From: Eledone cirrhosa
Taxonomy: Eukaryota
Assembly: GCA_964016885.1 (NCBI GenBank)
Contig: OZ024742.1
Span: 127,286,001 to 127,350,000, forward strand
Direction: 5' to 3'
Length of the DNA: 64,000 nt
The notes under the pieces are model-generated. The model was not told the DNA's origin, did not search any database, and worked only from the letters and a program-made list of their open reading frames with translations. Position 1 is the stretch's first letter. Every line of letters begins with the position of its first letter. Shown here piece after piece: positions 39,771-53,085 of the stretch. The position numbers and the translations under genes were made by a program.

Positions 39771-41320
39771 AACCAGAAATGGCTGAAGTACCATAGTGGT
39801 TGACACAAGGCAACACGGTTCTAATAATGAAAGACCAAGCTAAGAGAAAATTACGTTAACAACTATAAGCCTATCACATGTCTGTCCTTGATGTAGAAAT
39901 TGCTAACAAGCATTATGTCTGAGGAAATCTACAACCACCTAGGCATAAACAACTTATTGTCAGCGGAACAGAAAGGATGCCGAAAGAAGTCCCATGGTAC
40001 AACAGAGCAGTTACTTATTGACAGGATGAGGATAAGGAACTGCAAGAGAAAGCATATTAGTCTTTCCATGGGATGGATAGATTACAAGAAGGCATTCGAC
40101 ATGGTTCCTCATTCTTGGATAACCAAGTGCCTAGAAATCTTCAAAGTCGCGGACAACATTAGACTGCTTTCAAGCATGAAGAACTGGGAGACAAAGTTAA
40201 TATCGAGGGGAGAATCCTTGGGAGGAGTGAAAATCAAGAGTGGTATGTCCTTTATTGTTTGTCCTTACCCTCATAGCCTTGTCCGTTGTATTGAGAAGAG
40301 TGAAGGTAGGATACGAACTGGGAAGATGAAAGCTTATCATCAACCACCTCCAGTTCATGGATGACCTAAAACACTTCGGGAAGAACGAGAAGGAATTGGA
40401 TGTACTTGCTAATACTGTTCGTATTTTCAGCAATGATATAGGTATAGAATTTGGTATTAAGTGTAGAGTCCTAGTGATGAGGAGAGATAAGTTGAAGAAA
40501 GGCAAAGGAATCGAGAAACCAGTGGGTGAAGTGATAAAGGAGGTAGACACCGAAGAAGAATACAGGTATTTGAGTGTTTTGGGAGTAGATTTTATCAAGG
40601 ACAATAAAATGAAGGAGATGATAAGATCTGACTACATAAGGAGACTAAGAAAAATACTAAAATCTCATTTGAATAGTAGGAATGCCATAAGTGCAATAAC
40701 TTTCCGAGCTGTGTCTATTATTAAGTACAGTGCGGGAATTCTTAAATGGAATGTAAACGAGCAAAAAGAAATGGACAGAAAGACAAGGAAATTAATGACT
40801 ACCTACAGTATGTTTCACAAGAAAAATGATGTTTATAGACTCTATTTAAAGAGAGCTGAAGGCGGGAGAAGACTGTGTACAGATGGAGTAGAGCTGCTTA
40901 CATAAATATGTGTCTGAGAGTAATGAGCCAATGTTTAAGGCTGTATTGAAGGGGGTGTCCAAGAAAAGAAGTAACGACAAACAGGAAGAACAACCTGAAT
41001 GAAAAAGCCATTCATAACGTCTGCTTGAAGAAAACAGAATTCAGAGATCCGCAGACGCCTAACTGGTTTAAAAAATGGAACCTTAAAAAAGCTACAGATA
41101 AATGCTGCTGGCTGCACAGTAGCAAGCCCTCAGAACGAAGTGGGTGAAACACCATATTGTCAAGGAGGAAGCTAGCCCACTCTGTAGGATCTGTGGAGAG
41201 AGAAAGGAAACTGTGGCTCTCATCGTATCCCAATGTAAATACCTAGCCCAGATTCATTATGGAGGCATGATATCATAGGGAAAGTGATCCACTAGCATTT
41301 ATGCAAACTGAATGATTTAC
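39771..41320 (+). mobile_element. Second degenerate R4/Dong-type LINE (RT to CCHC)
   Basis: EQKGCRKKSHGTTEQLLID, WIDYKKAFDMVPHSWI, MDDLKHFGKNE, YRLYLKRAEGGR, CRICGERKETV. Confidence 0.85.
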
Positions 41321-41341
41321 CCCCTTCCGGCTATAGGAAGA

Positions 41342-44300
41342 CGGTGGGACAATCTTCACGATGGACTCAGCTGATAGCCGGATCCGTCATACACGCGACA
41401 GCAATTATTCGACATAAACCCACAAGTCAGCAATGCTCGGACACTGGACGAGTGTGTGCAGGACGGTGTCCTCGCCGCAGATGGATCTACTGACCATCGG
41501 AGCACGTCCCTTCCACAAAAGGTGAGAGAGCAAACGCTCCAGCACAGTCAGGCGAGGCTTAGGACAAGGCACGACGGTAAAGGCGGGAGTAGATAACAGA
41601 TGCAATGTACGCGTTCGCCACCTCCGCTCGACCTTTCAGGGATAGCTTCCTCTCGGCCCATTTCTGGGTGAGAGAGGCCATCCTGCTCGTCACCTCGTCC
41701 CAGTTTTTGCTCGTCTGGATGTCCGGGCCGACCCAGACCCCTAGCAATTTAACTGGTTCGTCCGTCCAGCGCCCGACGACGCTATTGGACGGTAAGGACC
41801 TGCCTCTCTAGGTGCCAAGCCGCAGGCCCACTGACTTTGACTGGTTAATCATTACTCCTCGTATTCTCTCAGTGTGGTGCCGATTGCCTCGATACGTTTT
41901 GGCATTCGACACCGCTACGGTGACGTCATCTGCATATGCTGACACGGTTCTCCCGCATCCTAGTTCACGCGGGACGCCCCTCAACGTCTCCATTTTGTGC
42001 AGTAATGGCTCGAGAGTCAATACGTACAAGGACGAGAGAGGACATCCTTGGCGGACCGAACGCATGATGTTGAACGGTTCCGAAAGGTGACCGTTCACTC
42101 TCACCACAGAGCAGATGTCTCTGTGCATGGCAGCGATCCAGCCTCTGAAGACGGGCCCAAAGCTAGTCGCCCTCAGGACCGCCGCCAGATAACGATGGTC
42201 GACCCTATCGAAAGCTTTCGACTGATCTCAATTGATCTCAGGTTCCCTAGCTACCCTCTCTACGATGTATCGCATGAGGTGGAGGTTGTCGTGGATGGAT
42301 CTGCCTGGAATGGCGCATGTATGTGCCTCTCCCATCAGACCATCGACAACAAACGTCAACCTCTTTACTAGTACCTTGGCCAAAATCTTGAACTCTGAGT
42401 TATGTACCTGAAATTATCTATCTTGTCCCCCTTGTTAGAGTCCTTTTTCAGCAGCGCTACTATTCCTCGGCTCACAGAGCTGGGAATTTTCCGGTTCTGC
42501 TGCCAGTTGCAGTGGACGTCCGCCAAGAGGTCTCCGGACAAGTCTGACGTAAAGCTCGTAGGGCAAACTATCCAAACCAGGCGATTTACCCATCGTGCAT
42601 TGCTACCCGTATTTCAGATGCTGTTATCGGCTTTTCGCAACGCTCCGCGTCAGTGGCCGAGAGCCGCGGCAGTCCATCGTGGTAGGCGCTAAAGTTCATC
42701 CTACGATCCGACTCACTGCTTCCCCCGAACAGCTGAGCCAAGTGCCGCTGAAAAGCCGCACACATTTTCTCGGGTTCGAGTAACATGCGCCCTTCGTGGT
42801 CCTCCAAAGACCGGATCATGGCTTTGTTGCCATGTCACGCCTCCGCCACTTGGGCCCATCGAATGGCTTTTGTCCCTTCGTTTCTGAGAGCACGCGCCCT
42901 ACTTCTGACAACGCAGCCTACGTGCTTTGCGTTGAAGAATTGGTCGAGGGTCAATTTCGCCGCAAGCACGTCGTTCGCGATGCCTTTACTAAGCGCCTCG
43001 TCTAATTTTCTTAGTTCTCCCTCTACTCTATTTTTCTCTATTGTTAACGCCTTACTAAACTTTATGGACTCTATTCTAATCGCTCTTTTCAGGGCGAACC
43101 ACCATTTGTTGTTGATGATTTCCCCCGTCAACACCCGCTTAACTAGTTCGCTAATCCGGTCTCTGTATGCTTTGCGCGCTGTCAACGACGCGTTTAGCTT
43201 CCAGTAGCCGGGTCCTGTCTATGAAGCCTATCTAAGTCAACCACACAGGTCACGAATTTGTGGTCTGTGTAGTCGACTATTTTGAATTGTGGACAACCTA
43301 TGCTATAACTATCTATTTCCTTGCAAAATACTCTATCCAGATACGATCTGGATGACCCGATGCGATTTGTCCATGTCCACATTGGCACGTTCGAGAAATC
43401 CAGTCGGTACCTGTCAGACAGTTGGAAACGTCTGAGCAGGTTTGCGAGGCTTTTACACCCTCTTCCCCTATCCACTTATCCCACACAATCGCAGCGTGCA
43501 TCCAAGATCCCGTTCCAATCGCCCACTTACATTGAAGAGCGGGACGTTCCTAGGAAGGTCTCCAGTCGCCTGAAGAAATCAGGCGGTCCTGCCCCTGTCG
43601 GAGCATAAACAGCCACTAGCCTAAAAGCATAGCCTTCGCTGCTGGTCACGTCCAGCACCACCGACTTACCTTCTGGGTTCGGGAAGATGGTCCGTATCAC
43701 GAGACCCAGGCCTCTCCGAAACAACACAGCGACTCCGTCTCCCAATCCCGGCCAGCTTGGAGATGCGTAAACAACCTAACCGCCGAAGATGGGTACGAAG
43801 GCATGTGCCTCGGAAATTCTGGTCTCGCTGATGGCCACCACATCTATGTTCATTGACCTGAGGTCGTTTGGCTGGTGGCCCCGCTTCCATGACGACCCAA
43901 GCCACGCGCATTTATGCTGCCTGTTCTGAGTACGGTCATGTTGAAAAGGAGTGGAAAAAGATGGGAAAGACCACTTACCTCAGTTCTTGTGGAGGAAGGA
44001 TGGTTTTTCTGTCTTTCTGACTGTTTGTGGCCCCCTCTGGGAGGATGTCTTTATGTATCCTCTTGGAAAGTGTTTGCCGGAAATCTCCGATGATCTTGGG
44101 GAATTCTAATTTTAGTGTTGTGTATGTTTTCTGTGTGATACGAGTGATTTGTATGTGTGTGGGTGGTGTGAATTTTGGGGGTGTTGTATAGTTGTTTTCT
44201 GTAATGCTGGTGCTGTGTTGGATGTAGTGTAATAATTGGTTGTTGTTCAAATTAATTGTTTCTACTTTTGGCACAAGGCCAGCAATTACCCAGTACATTA

Positions 44301-45133
44301 CTGGTACTTTATTTTATCGACCCTGTAAGGAGGAAAGGCAAAGTTAACCTGTTTCTGTTTCGCTTGTTGGTGATGGTGGTGTTGGGGTTGATGATGGTGA
44401 TGGTGTTGGTGTTTGTGGTGATGGGGATGGTGATGCTGGTGGCTAGATGTCTTAACTTTTTGTTAGTTTGTTTGTTTCGCCCTGTATTTTGGTTTTGGAG
44501 GGCGAAGTTGTGAGAAGTCGGGGAGTGCAAAGTCCTCCACAGGCGTTGGTGTTGGTTGTGGCATAGTGGATGGTGGAGGCGCTGGTGCTACTTCTGGCGC
44601 CGTGGTCGGTGGTGGTGTTGGTCATGCTACTGTTGTTGCTATAGTTGTTACTGCCATTTCTGCCACTGGTTTTGATGGTTGAGTCACTGGGCTTGGTAGG
44701 AGAGGTGGCCTCAACGTTTTAGCCATCTCCTGAGGGCAGAAGGCCTTTAGGTGGGTTCCTTCGCCATAGACGACACACCTAGGCCTTCTACCTTTAACGA
44801 TTACGGTGAGGTGGCTGCTTTCATTGGGGTCTATCACCTCTGGAATCTCTTGATATTTTTTTGGTCCGCTTGGATCAGGAGCTCCATCCCAGATCCGGAC
44901 CAGTTTTCCTGTTTTGCTCTAATCACCTCGATCACTTTTGTGTCGGCCTCGATGTCGGCGAGGACGACAGCCATCAGCCAGGGAATTTCAATATCCGACG
45001 GAACCTGGGTCACCCTGATTCTTACCAGCTTCTGACCACGACAGCTAGGGACGAGTCTGAACTCGTCACTTTTTAATGGGGCCATGGAGTGCTCTCTGGC
45101 TTCCTGTTGGGTTTCAAAGAACACGTCCATGTC
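41342..45133 (-). mobile_element. Tx1/L1-clade LINE remnant (ORF1 with zinc knuckle; ORF2 APE plus RT)
   Basis: ORF1 GRRPRCVVYGEGTHLKAFCP. APE FRLVAVYAP, SRSYLDR, YTDHKFV. RT SVRQGCPLS, AYADDVT, WAERKLSLKGRAEVAN. Confidence 0.85.
44252..44350 (-). mobile_element. 3' half of the SINE inserted in the Tx1 element
   Basis: AATTGTTTCTACTTTTGGCACAAGGCC...GAAAGGCAAAGTTAACCT. Confidence 0.85.
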
Positions 45134-46750
45134 GTGCTTGGCGTTGGCAAATTGGTCGAAGGCCAATCTCGCTGAAACACGTCGGTTCCGATGCCTTCAC
45201 TAAGCGCCTCATCTAATTTTCTAACTAGTTCTCCCTCTGCTTTTTTTTCTTTAGTGCTGCAGCCTTACTAAACCCAATGGATTCTATTCTAATCGCTCTT
45301 TTCAGGACGAAATACTATTTGTTGTAGACGACTGCCCTCGTCAACTCCCCATTAACTAATTCACTAATCTGGTCTCTGTAGTCTTTGCGCGCCGGGAGCA
45401 ACGCGTTCAGTTTCCAGTGGCCGGGTCTATGAAGCCTATCTAGATCGACCACACAGATTACAAATTTATGGTCTGTGTAGTCGACTAGCTTGAATAACCT
45501 ATTCTAGACTTATCTATTTCCCTAAAAATTATCCTATCAAGATACGATCTGGATGACCCGATGCAGTTTGTTCATGTCCACATTGGCACTTCTAGAAATC
45601 AAGTCGGTACCTGTAAGACAGTTGAAAGCGTCTGAGTAGGTTTGCGAGGCTTTTACACCCTCCTCCCCAATCCGCTAGTCACACACAGTCCCAGCATGCA
45701 TTCAAGATCCTGTTCCAATCGCCCTCTAACAGTAAAGAGCGGGACGTTTCTATGAAGGTCTCCATACGTCGGAAGAAATCAGGCCGCTCAGCCAATGTCG
45801 GGGCATAGACGGCCACTAACCTGAAGACGAGCTCTTCGCTACTGGTCATGTCCAGCACCACCAACTTACCTTCTGGGTCTAGGAAAATGACCTGTGTCGC
45901 GAGATCCAGACCTCTCCGAAACAACAGAACTACTCCGCCTCCAGATCCTGGACGTCTTGGAGGTGCAAACACATAGTAGCCGCCGAAAATGTGTGCGAAA
46001 AGCTCCTGCCTCGGAGATTCTGGTCTCACAGAGAGCTACCACCTCTTTGATCAGTTATCTGAGGTCGTTAAGCAGATGAACCTGCTTCCAAAATGACCCC
46101 AAGACAAGTGCACTTATACTGGGTATTCTGAGAGAGGATCTGTTTAATGAAAGAGGAAACAAATGAGAGAGAGAACTTACCTCTAGCTTTCTGGTGGAGG
46201 AGTGGTTACTTCGTACATCTGGCTAGTTGTAGCTTTCTCCACAAGGATATCTCTGTATATTCTTCTGGAGAAGTGGTGCTGGTGAACGAGTTTTGTGGCG
46301 TTGAAGTTTTTACTTTTTTGTTTGTTTCGCCCACTTTTTTATGGCGAAGTTGGTAGGTTTTGTTTTATTTTTTCCACCTCTCATCGTCGTCGCAATCTGT
46401 GTCCAATTGTGTGATGTCGGGGAGGAGTATGTCTTCCATAGGCATTGGTGTTACAGTTGGTGTTGGAGTTGGGGTTTTGTTGTCGTTGTTGATGCTGGTG
46501 CTAATTTTTTGCTGCGACGGTGGCCGCAATTAGTTGGGTTGCTCCCAACATGGGATCCGGCATGGGAAGAACAGGGAGCCTGCCCTTGCCATTGTTTGGG
46601 GCAGAAGGCCTTTATGTGGGTTTTCTCCCCACAGATGTGGCACCTTGGTTTTTTACCCTCGACGCTCATGAATAGAAGAGTACCGTCGTTGACCTCTATC
46701 ATATCGGAGATGGCCTCTATGTTTTACTGGTTCGTTTGGATTAGTAGTTC
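45134..46750 (-). mobile_element. Second diverged Tx1/L1 copy (end of ORF1 plus APE) abutting the first
   Basis: GKKPRCHICGEKTHIKAFCPK, FRLVAVYAP, LLEGDWN. Homologous to about 42920-44850. Confidence 0.82.
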
Positions 46751-48728
46751 TCCATAAAAACACAGTGGAACCATGATGCAAAACAATAGTGAAATATTTA
46801 ACGGCGTTAATGAGGCTAGAATCAGTGATGGCGAAGGTCCCTTTCCCGGCATGTTTTGAGCCCCCAACAACAGAGAAAGTGATCTGGCTCCGGACAATCG
46901 TTACCAAGCAACAGTATGTGCGCACAGCTAGACACAAATAGACAAATAAAGAGTACACTACACTGATTTATGCCATAAAAGAACAAAAATGGAAGGAAAT
47001 CGTGGAGTAGGATGATGCTCTGTGGACTTTTGGACGGAAAAGATCACGTTTGAAATGTCTGAAAGTAAACTAATGAATCAAGTGAGGGTGATTAGGAAGA
47101 AGAGCTGGTTAACTGACGTAGAAATATATAGGATTTGTGAATGCTTAAAGTAGCTTGAATATGTACAACAAATAAAGGTTAGAGCAGAAGCTGAAGCTGT
47201 GTCTACGGTTGAAGGTAGAGAGAAAAATGACCAGCAGGGGCAGGAAAATTGTGAAGAGACTGTTAGGGCTGCTGAAGAGGAATGTTATTCATTGAACCCT
47301 GGTATGGCTGAGGATAAGAATGGTGACGTAAGAGGAGGGAGTCACTTGGATGATGAGTTGCTTGAGTTACGTAGAAGGTTTTTGGATTTGATGAATGTCC
47401 TAGAAGAAAGAATCCCAATGAATATGAGAAGAGTAGATAGGAAGATGATAATTGAAACTACAAAAAAATATATTTGCTCTCATACAACACATCCAGACAG
47501 AAGACATAACGCAAACTCGGGACCTCATCCGAGCTGTTGCACTTCTTGTAGAGGAACAAATGGGACTGACGAGTACTAAACAAAGTAAGGCAAAAGAACC
47601 GTGGTGGAAGAGACGCATTGAAAATGCCATAATGCGGTTAAGCGAGGATCTAAGTAAAATTGACCAATGGTTTAGAGGAAAGTGAGAAAATTGGGAAAAT
47701 GCTGATCGAGAAGCACTAGACAAGACATAAAATATAGAAGAGTGGATTCTATACAGTAATAGAACAGATAAAACAGAGAATTCTCTCGAAAAGCCAGATG
47801 ATAAGGAGATGTGTCAATAGAAATAAACAGTTCAAGGAAAATAAATTGTTACAAAATAATACAAAACAATTATTCCGTACTTTGGAAGGAAACAATGGGA
47901 ATGGGAAGGACGCTATCCCTAATGATGATAAGGTCAAGGAGTTCTGAAATGGGATATGAGGAAACAGTATGAGGCACAGAAAAGATGTCATGTGGATAGA
48001 CACCATCAAGACAGACTGGCGAGGAGGAAATACACAAAAAGATATTACAATAAGCACAGTCGATGTGAGGGATCAAGTAGCCAAGATACCAAACTGGAAA
48101 GCCCCCGAACCAGACGGGGTCCACAGCTTTTGATTGAAGAGATACAGTACAATACATGAAAGACTGGCAACACAATTGAAGGAATGTGTCCAGAGAGGTG
48201 CAGTCCCCACCTGGATGGTTACAAGGAGAACAACGCTTATGGTAAAAGATAGAAGTGGAGTGCTGTAGGAAACTACCTCCCTATAGCATGCCTAAACATT
48301 ATATGGAAGGTTATCACAGGGATATTTGCAGGGAAGGCACATGTTTTCCTGTCACGTGAAGAAATACTACCAAAGGAACAAAAAGGATGTAGGAAGAAGT
48401 CCCGGGGTTCCAAGGACCACCTGGTTATTGATAAGACGGTTTTAAGGCATTGTAAGAAACATCATACAAACATGTCCTGAGTTGACTTTAAGAAAACATA
48501 TGATATGATGCATCATTCTTGGATTAGTGAATTTCTGCGGATGTTTGGTATTGCTGACAACATTACAAAGTTTCTGCTCAATGATATGCCAGAGTGGAGA
48601 ACCAAGTTATACTCAAGCAACGTCTTTCTGCGAGAATTAGAAATTAAAAGAGGTTTCTTCTAAGAGGACTCATTCTCACTGTTATATTTGTTATAACACT
48701 GATAGCTATAACACTGTTATATTTGTTA

Positions 48729-49229
48729 CTAGCAGTGGTACCCGGCGTTGCACGGGATAAGGTATTTTGGAACGCGGGCCGCCAACAGACCTAATCATGG
48801 AAAAACTGCATGCATGGACAATATGTAAAGAAAATAAACCGAATACTCTGATGGCTGGATAATCTTTAAGATTTTCCTAGATGAAGCAGGAAAAATGCAG
48901 GTTTTCACCTAATGCGGGCCCTAGGCCATAAAAAAGTTGGATTTTCAGAGACTGACTAATACATAGTTACAATTTCAAGGAAATCGGTCTGATGTAACAC
49001 GTCAAAAAACCCCTAAAAAACTGAAAAAACGCAGTTTTTCACCTAATGCCTAGAGTAGCAAAAAGTTGAACTTTTTTGTGTGCATAACACTCCCTGAAAC
49101 ATAAGTAATACACATGTAAAGTTTGAAAAAAATCGGTTGGGTACTTCTCGAGTTTTAGGGATTCAAACTCACAGACAGACACACACAGACACACACACAG
49201 ACAGACATCCTCAGTTTTATATATAGAGA
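48729..49229 (-). mobile_element. Non-autonomous Helitron (501 bp)
   Basis: 5' TCTCTATATATAAAAC at 49229; hairpin CCCGTGCAACGCCGGG plus CTAG at 48729. The empty site TTGTTA|TAACAC matches the local repeat unit. Confidence 0.9.
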
Positions 49230-49309
49230 TAACACTTATACCTATAACACTGTTACTATTTGTTATAACACTGATACCTATAACACTGTTATATGTGTTA
49301 TAACATTGA

Positions 49310-50148
49310 AGACAAAAATGTTGATAAGTAGACAAGAGGACAAAACTCTGGTCATGTTCGATGTGCAGAAAAGGAACTGGTATAAATTCTATAAAATGTA
49401 CACAATGCAGATCTTGGGTACACAAGAGATGTAGTGGGATAGCAGGCAAACTAACAGGTAGGGAAAACTACATATGCAGTAAATGTACAGGGAAAGTTGG
49501 CAGTAGTAATCGCAGTGATAGACACATTTTTCCAATGCAGGTGGGTTCTATAGAAGTGGTTGATAGCTTCCGGTACCTAGGTGATCAGATTAGCATGGGA
49601 GGGTTGTTTCGAGGCCATAGTATCTAGAATAAGAATGGGTTGGAAGAAGTTTAGGGAGCTGCTTCCTCTGTTGACAAAGAAGGATTTCTCCCTGCATACG
49701 AAAGGCCGGTTATATGATGCCTGTGTTAGGAGTGCGATGCTGCTTGGTAGTGAAACATGGGCAGAAACTGCAGAAGATATGCGACGGCTGGAGAGAAATG
49801 AGGCAAGCATGCTCCGTTGGATGTGCAATGTGCGACCAAGCATAGACGATTTGAGAGAGAAATTGTGTATAAGAGGGATAAGTTGTGGTGTGCAGGAGAG
49901 AAGACTGAAATGGTATGTACATATGATGCGCATGGAGGATGACCGCTGAGTAAAGAAGTGCCTATAAATCCCAATAGAAGGAAGACGCAGTAGAGGAAGA
50001 CCACGAAAAACATGGGCGGAGGTAATGGAAGCAGACCTCACGGAGGAAATGAAGGACCGTGACAAGTGGAGAGATGTTGGGCTTAATAGGACCCGTCCTA
50101 CCCTTGCAAGCAGGGAAAAGCGGGCGTAAAATGATGATGATGATGATT
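49310..50148 (+). mobile_element. RTE LINE 3' portion with PHD-like cysteine cluster and (GAT)n tail
   Basis: CSMCRKGTGINSIKCTQCRSWVHKRC, VDSFRYLGD, KGRLYDACVRSAMLLGSETW, RGRPRKTW. Confidence 0.85.
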
Positions 50149-51269
50149 GATATCTACAACACTTACTATTTGTTATAACACTGATACCTATAACACTCAC
50201 ACTCAGAAAATTAAAAATAAGCTACCAATTTGAAAAGCAAGGGCCATTCATAAACCACCTTCTGATCATCGATGACATGAAACTACTTGGGAAGACTGAA
50301 AACCAAATAAACAGTTCAGATATATAGCAATGACATTGGCATGGAATTTGGGATTTCTAAATGTTCTGTTCTCAACATGAAAAGATTGAAGAAAACAACC
50401 TGTAGTGGACTACGACTGCCATCGGGAGAAACCATGAGAGAACCAGAAAATAATGGCTATAAATATTTGGGCATCTTAGAGCTAGTGATATTTTACACGC
50501 AGAAATGAAAGAAAAGGTTAAAGGGATATATTTAAAAATAATAAAAATGATTTTAAAATCTAGCTTTTAAATACGAGAAATCTGGTCACAGCAACGAATA
50601 TCTGGGCAGTTGCAGTGTTTAGATATAGTGCATCTATTCTCAGTTGGACTGTCAAAATTAGATAGAAAGGTAATGACATTGTACGGAGCTTTACACCTAA
50701 AAGCAAATATAAATAGATTGTACACGAAGAGAAAGAATGGTAGCAAAAGCCTCATCAGTGTAGATCATTGTATAAGGAGTGGAAGGAGAACAGTTGCTGA
50801 ATATTTGATAAACAGTAACGAAGAGTTGTTGCAATATGCAGCAGAAGGTATGAGTATAAATGCAGTAGAAATGGTTGGAAAGGTACAGTTTAACCAAAGA
50901 GTAGAAGAGAAAAGAAAATATCTTCTTGGAATAGCAATGTATGGTCAATTTGAGAGAAATATACAGAATATCAAAGATAAAACAACACCATGGACATGGC
51001 TTAAGCAAGATTTAGAATGTGTTACTGCGCCTTATACTTTCAGCAGAAGACCAAGCTCTTGCTGCCAATTCGGTTAAGTATAACATTAACAAAACTTCTG
51101 ACACTCAGAAATTTAGACTCTGTGGAAAGAATGTGGAAAATGTGGCCCACCTGGTAAGTGGCTGTGACAGCCTTGCACAAAAAGAATACAAGTGCCGCCA
51201 TGATAAAGTGTGTCTATACCGTCGTTGGCTTTTGTGTCGTAAATACCAATATGAAGTCATACAGAATTA

Positions 51270-51617
51270 GTATGTTGGTGATGCTTAATTACTCTATCAG
51301 TTTGAAAGTCATAATCCCAGAATATCCTGGCTTTCCTATCCTCCTGCATTACTTTAGAAGACACATGCTCATACCAATTCTGTATGACTTCATATTGGCA
51401 TTTACGACACAAAACCCAATGAAGGTATAGACACACTTTATCATCGCGGCACTTGTATTCTTTTTGTGCAAGGCTCTCACAGCCACTTACCAGGTGGGCC
51501 ACGCTTTCCACATTCTTTCCACAGAGCCTACATTCGGCGGGATTTGAACTCAGAATGGCAAAGGCCGTAACTCTATGCGTCAAAGCATGGCGTCCGACCC
51601 ACTACCCATACTGCCAA
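51270..51617 (-). mobile_element. SINE head (A and B box) joined to an inverted Dong CCHC/RLE segment
   Basis: Minus strand reads TGGCAGTATGGG...GAGTTCAAATCCCGCCG then ECRLCGKNVESVAHLVSGC...FWDYDFQTDRVIKH; inverted relative to 51115-51268. Confidence 0.8.
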
Positions 51618-51696
51618 TAATAATAATAATAATAATAATATAATGATATTATTAATATTCGCTTCGTTTGCAAGCAAACAGCCTCATAACACCATG

Positions 51697-52208
51697 TGTT
51701 TTCTAGCCGTCATCCTTTTGTATTAAGCGGTTGCAGAGAAAAAACAGTTGACAATTGTTTCAGAGTTATTGCCCGTTATCGAGACTGTATCCTCGTCGCT
51801 GCTACCCGCTGGAATGCTGGGAATACATAGTATTCTCAAAGGTATACATCGGCTAGTTAGCCTAATTTGCATACCTAAAGATTTTACGACTGCCTTTGCC
51901 GAAAATTAAAAACAAAATTTGTTTTTGCTCTAATTCGGTTGGTTTGCAAGCAAGCAGCCTCAATTTTAGGCAAAACCGGATGTAAAATCGCTAGGTATGC
52001 AAATTAAGCTAATCATCCGATGTATACCTTTGAGAATACTCTGCTACCCGCTGGAAACTGCTGAAACTACAGTGACGAGGATACGCAGTTTCCAGCGGGT
52101 AGCAGTGACGAGGATACACAGTTTCGATAAGCGGCAATAACTCAATTGTCGACTGTTTTCTCTCTGTTACTGCTGGAATAAAAGGATGATGTCGTCAACT
52201 AGAAAACA
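51697..52208. repeat. Imperfect foldback element with arms over 200 bp
   Basis: TGTTTTCTAG...AGTATTCTCAAAGGTATACATCGG..TTTGCATACCTA versus TAGGTATGCAAA..CCGATGTATACCTTTGAGAATACT...CTAGAAAACA. Confidence 0.85.
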
Positions 52209-52462
52209 TGATGTAAGTTAGATGTCTCGAATCCTTTCGTATTTATTTGATTGACTCCTTCATTGAAGGAAAGGCAAAATCAATTGAGCGGAAGTAGAAT
52301 TCTGTATCTAAAAATTCTCTAGGGCATTTTGTCTAATCTTTTACCGTATCTACGGATCATTGTCGACGTCACCATCATCATCATCATTATCGTTGTCATT
52401 ATCATCGTCATCATTCCTGATTTATTGAGTATAATACCAGATGGTTTCTTTCATCTTTAAAG

Positions 52463-52742
52463 ATTAAGGAGCGCATGTTACAGAGCATTCAGGAAGCCTG
52501 CAAAAATGATTTGTTTTCGACATGCGAACTATACAAAGAAATATTTCACTTCGACATTCCATCTGCCACCATCAAAGATATGGATAAACCACTATATTCT
52601 GGCTTGATGATATTTCTCTATATATTATCACTGGATGATCCTGTGCCAGAGAACCGTAGAGAACAAGCAATATATTGGAGAAAACACATTGAGTTATATG
52701 GAAAATTGAACAAATATTTAACACACTCCGATAAAATTCTCG
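52463..52742 (+). CDS. Probable internal coding exon of the chitin-binding-domain gene
   Basis: Acceptor TTTCTTTCATCTTTAAAG, open frame IKERMLQSIQEACKNDLFSTCELY...HSDKIL, and phase-1 donor G|GTGAGT matching the phase-1 acceptor at 53510. Confidence 0.65.
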
Positions 52743-53085
52743 GTGAGTTATTGAGAAAATCATTTTACTTTTATTGTTATATTTTTACACTTTTCAAATC
52801 TAAAATTTATCGTGATGATCAAATTCTTCTATCAAAGACCTGTGACATATTAAAGTGGTGGTGATTGACTGGGATGTAGCCAGAGACCCATTTAAGTGTT
52901 ATACCAGGTACCCCATACTAGTTTAATCTTCTGCTTCGATATTATTTCTTTAGTAGAAAGATTTCATTATTTTTGTGTGTTTGTTTTGTGGTCTCTTACT
53001 GTGAATAGTCATATCTACTGTACAACGTTATTACTACTCGTGTGTGTATATATATACACACGTATACATGTGTGGGTATATATAA

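Larger units (their letters stand above)
46755..51268 (+). mobile_element. Third degenerate R4/Dong-type LINE, interrupted by a Helitron and an RTE
   Basis: EPWWKRRIE, PNWKAPEPDGVH, EQKGCRKKSRGSKDHLVIDK, HLLIIDDMKL, LILSAEDQALAAN, LCGKNVENVAHLVSGC..YKCRHDKV. Confidence 0.85.

Noticed and set aside
52060-52135. GTGACGAG...GTTTCGATAA resembling a hammerhead core
   Set aside because: Core nucleotides and stems I and III do not fit.
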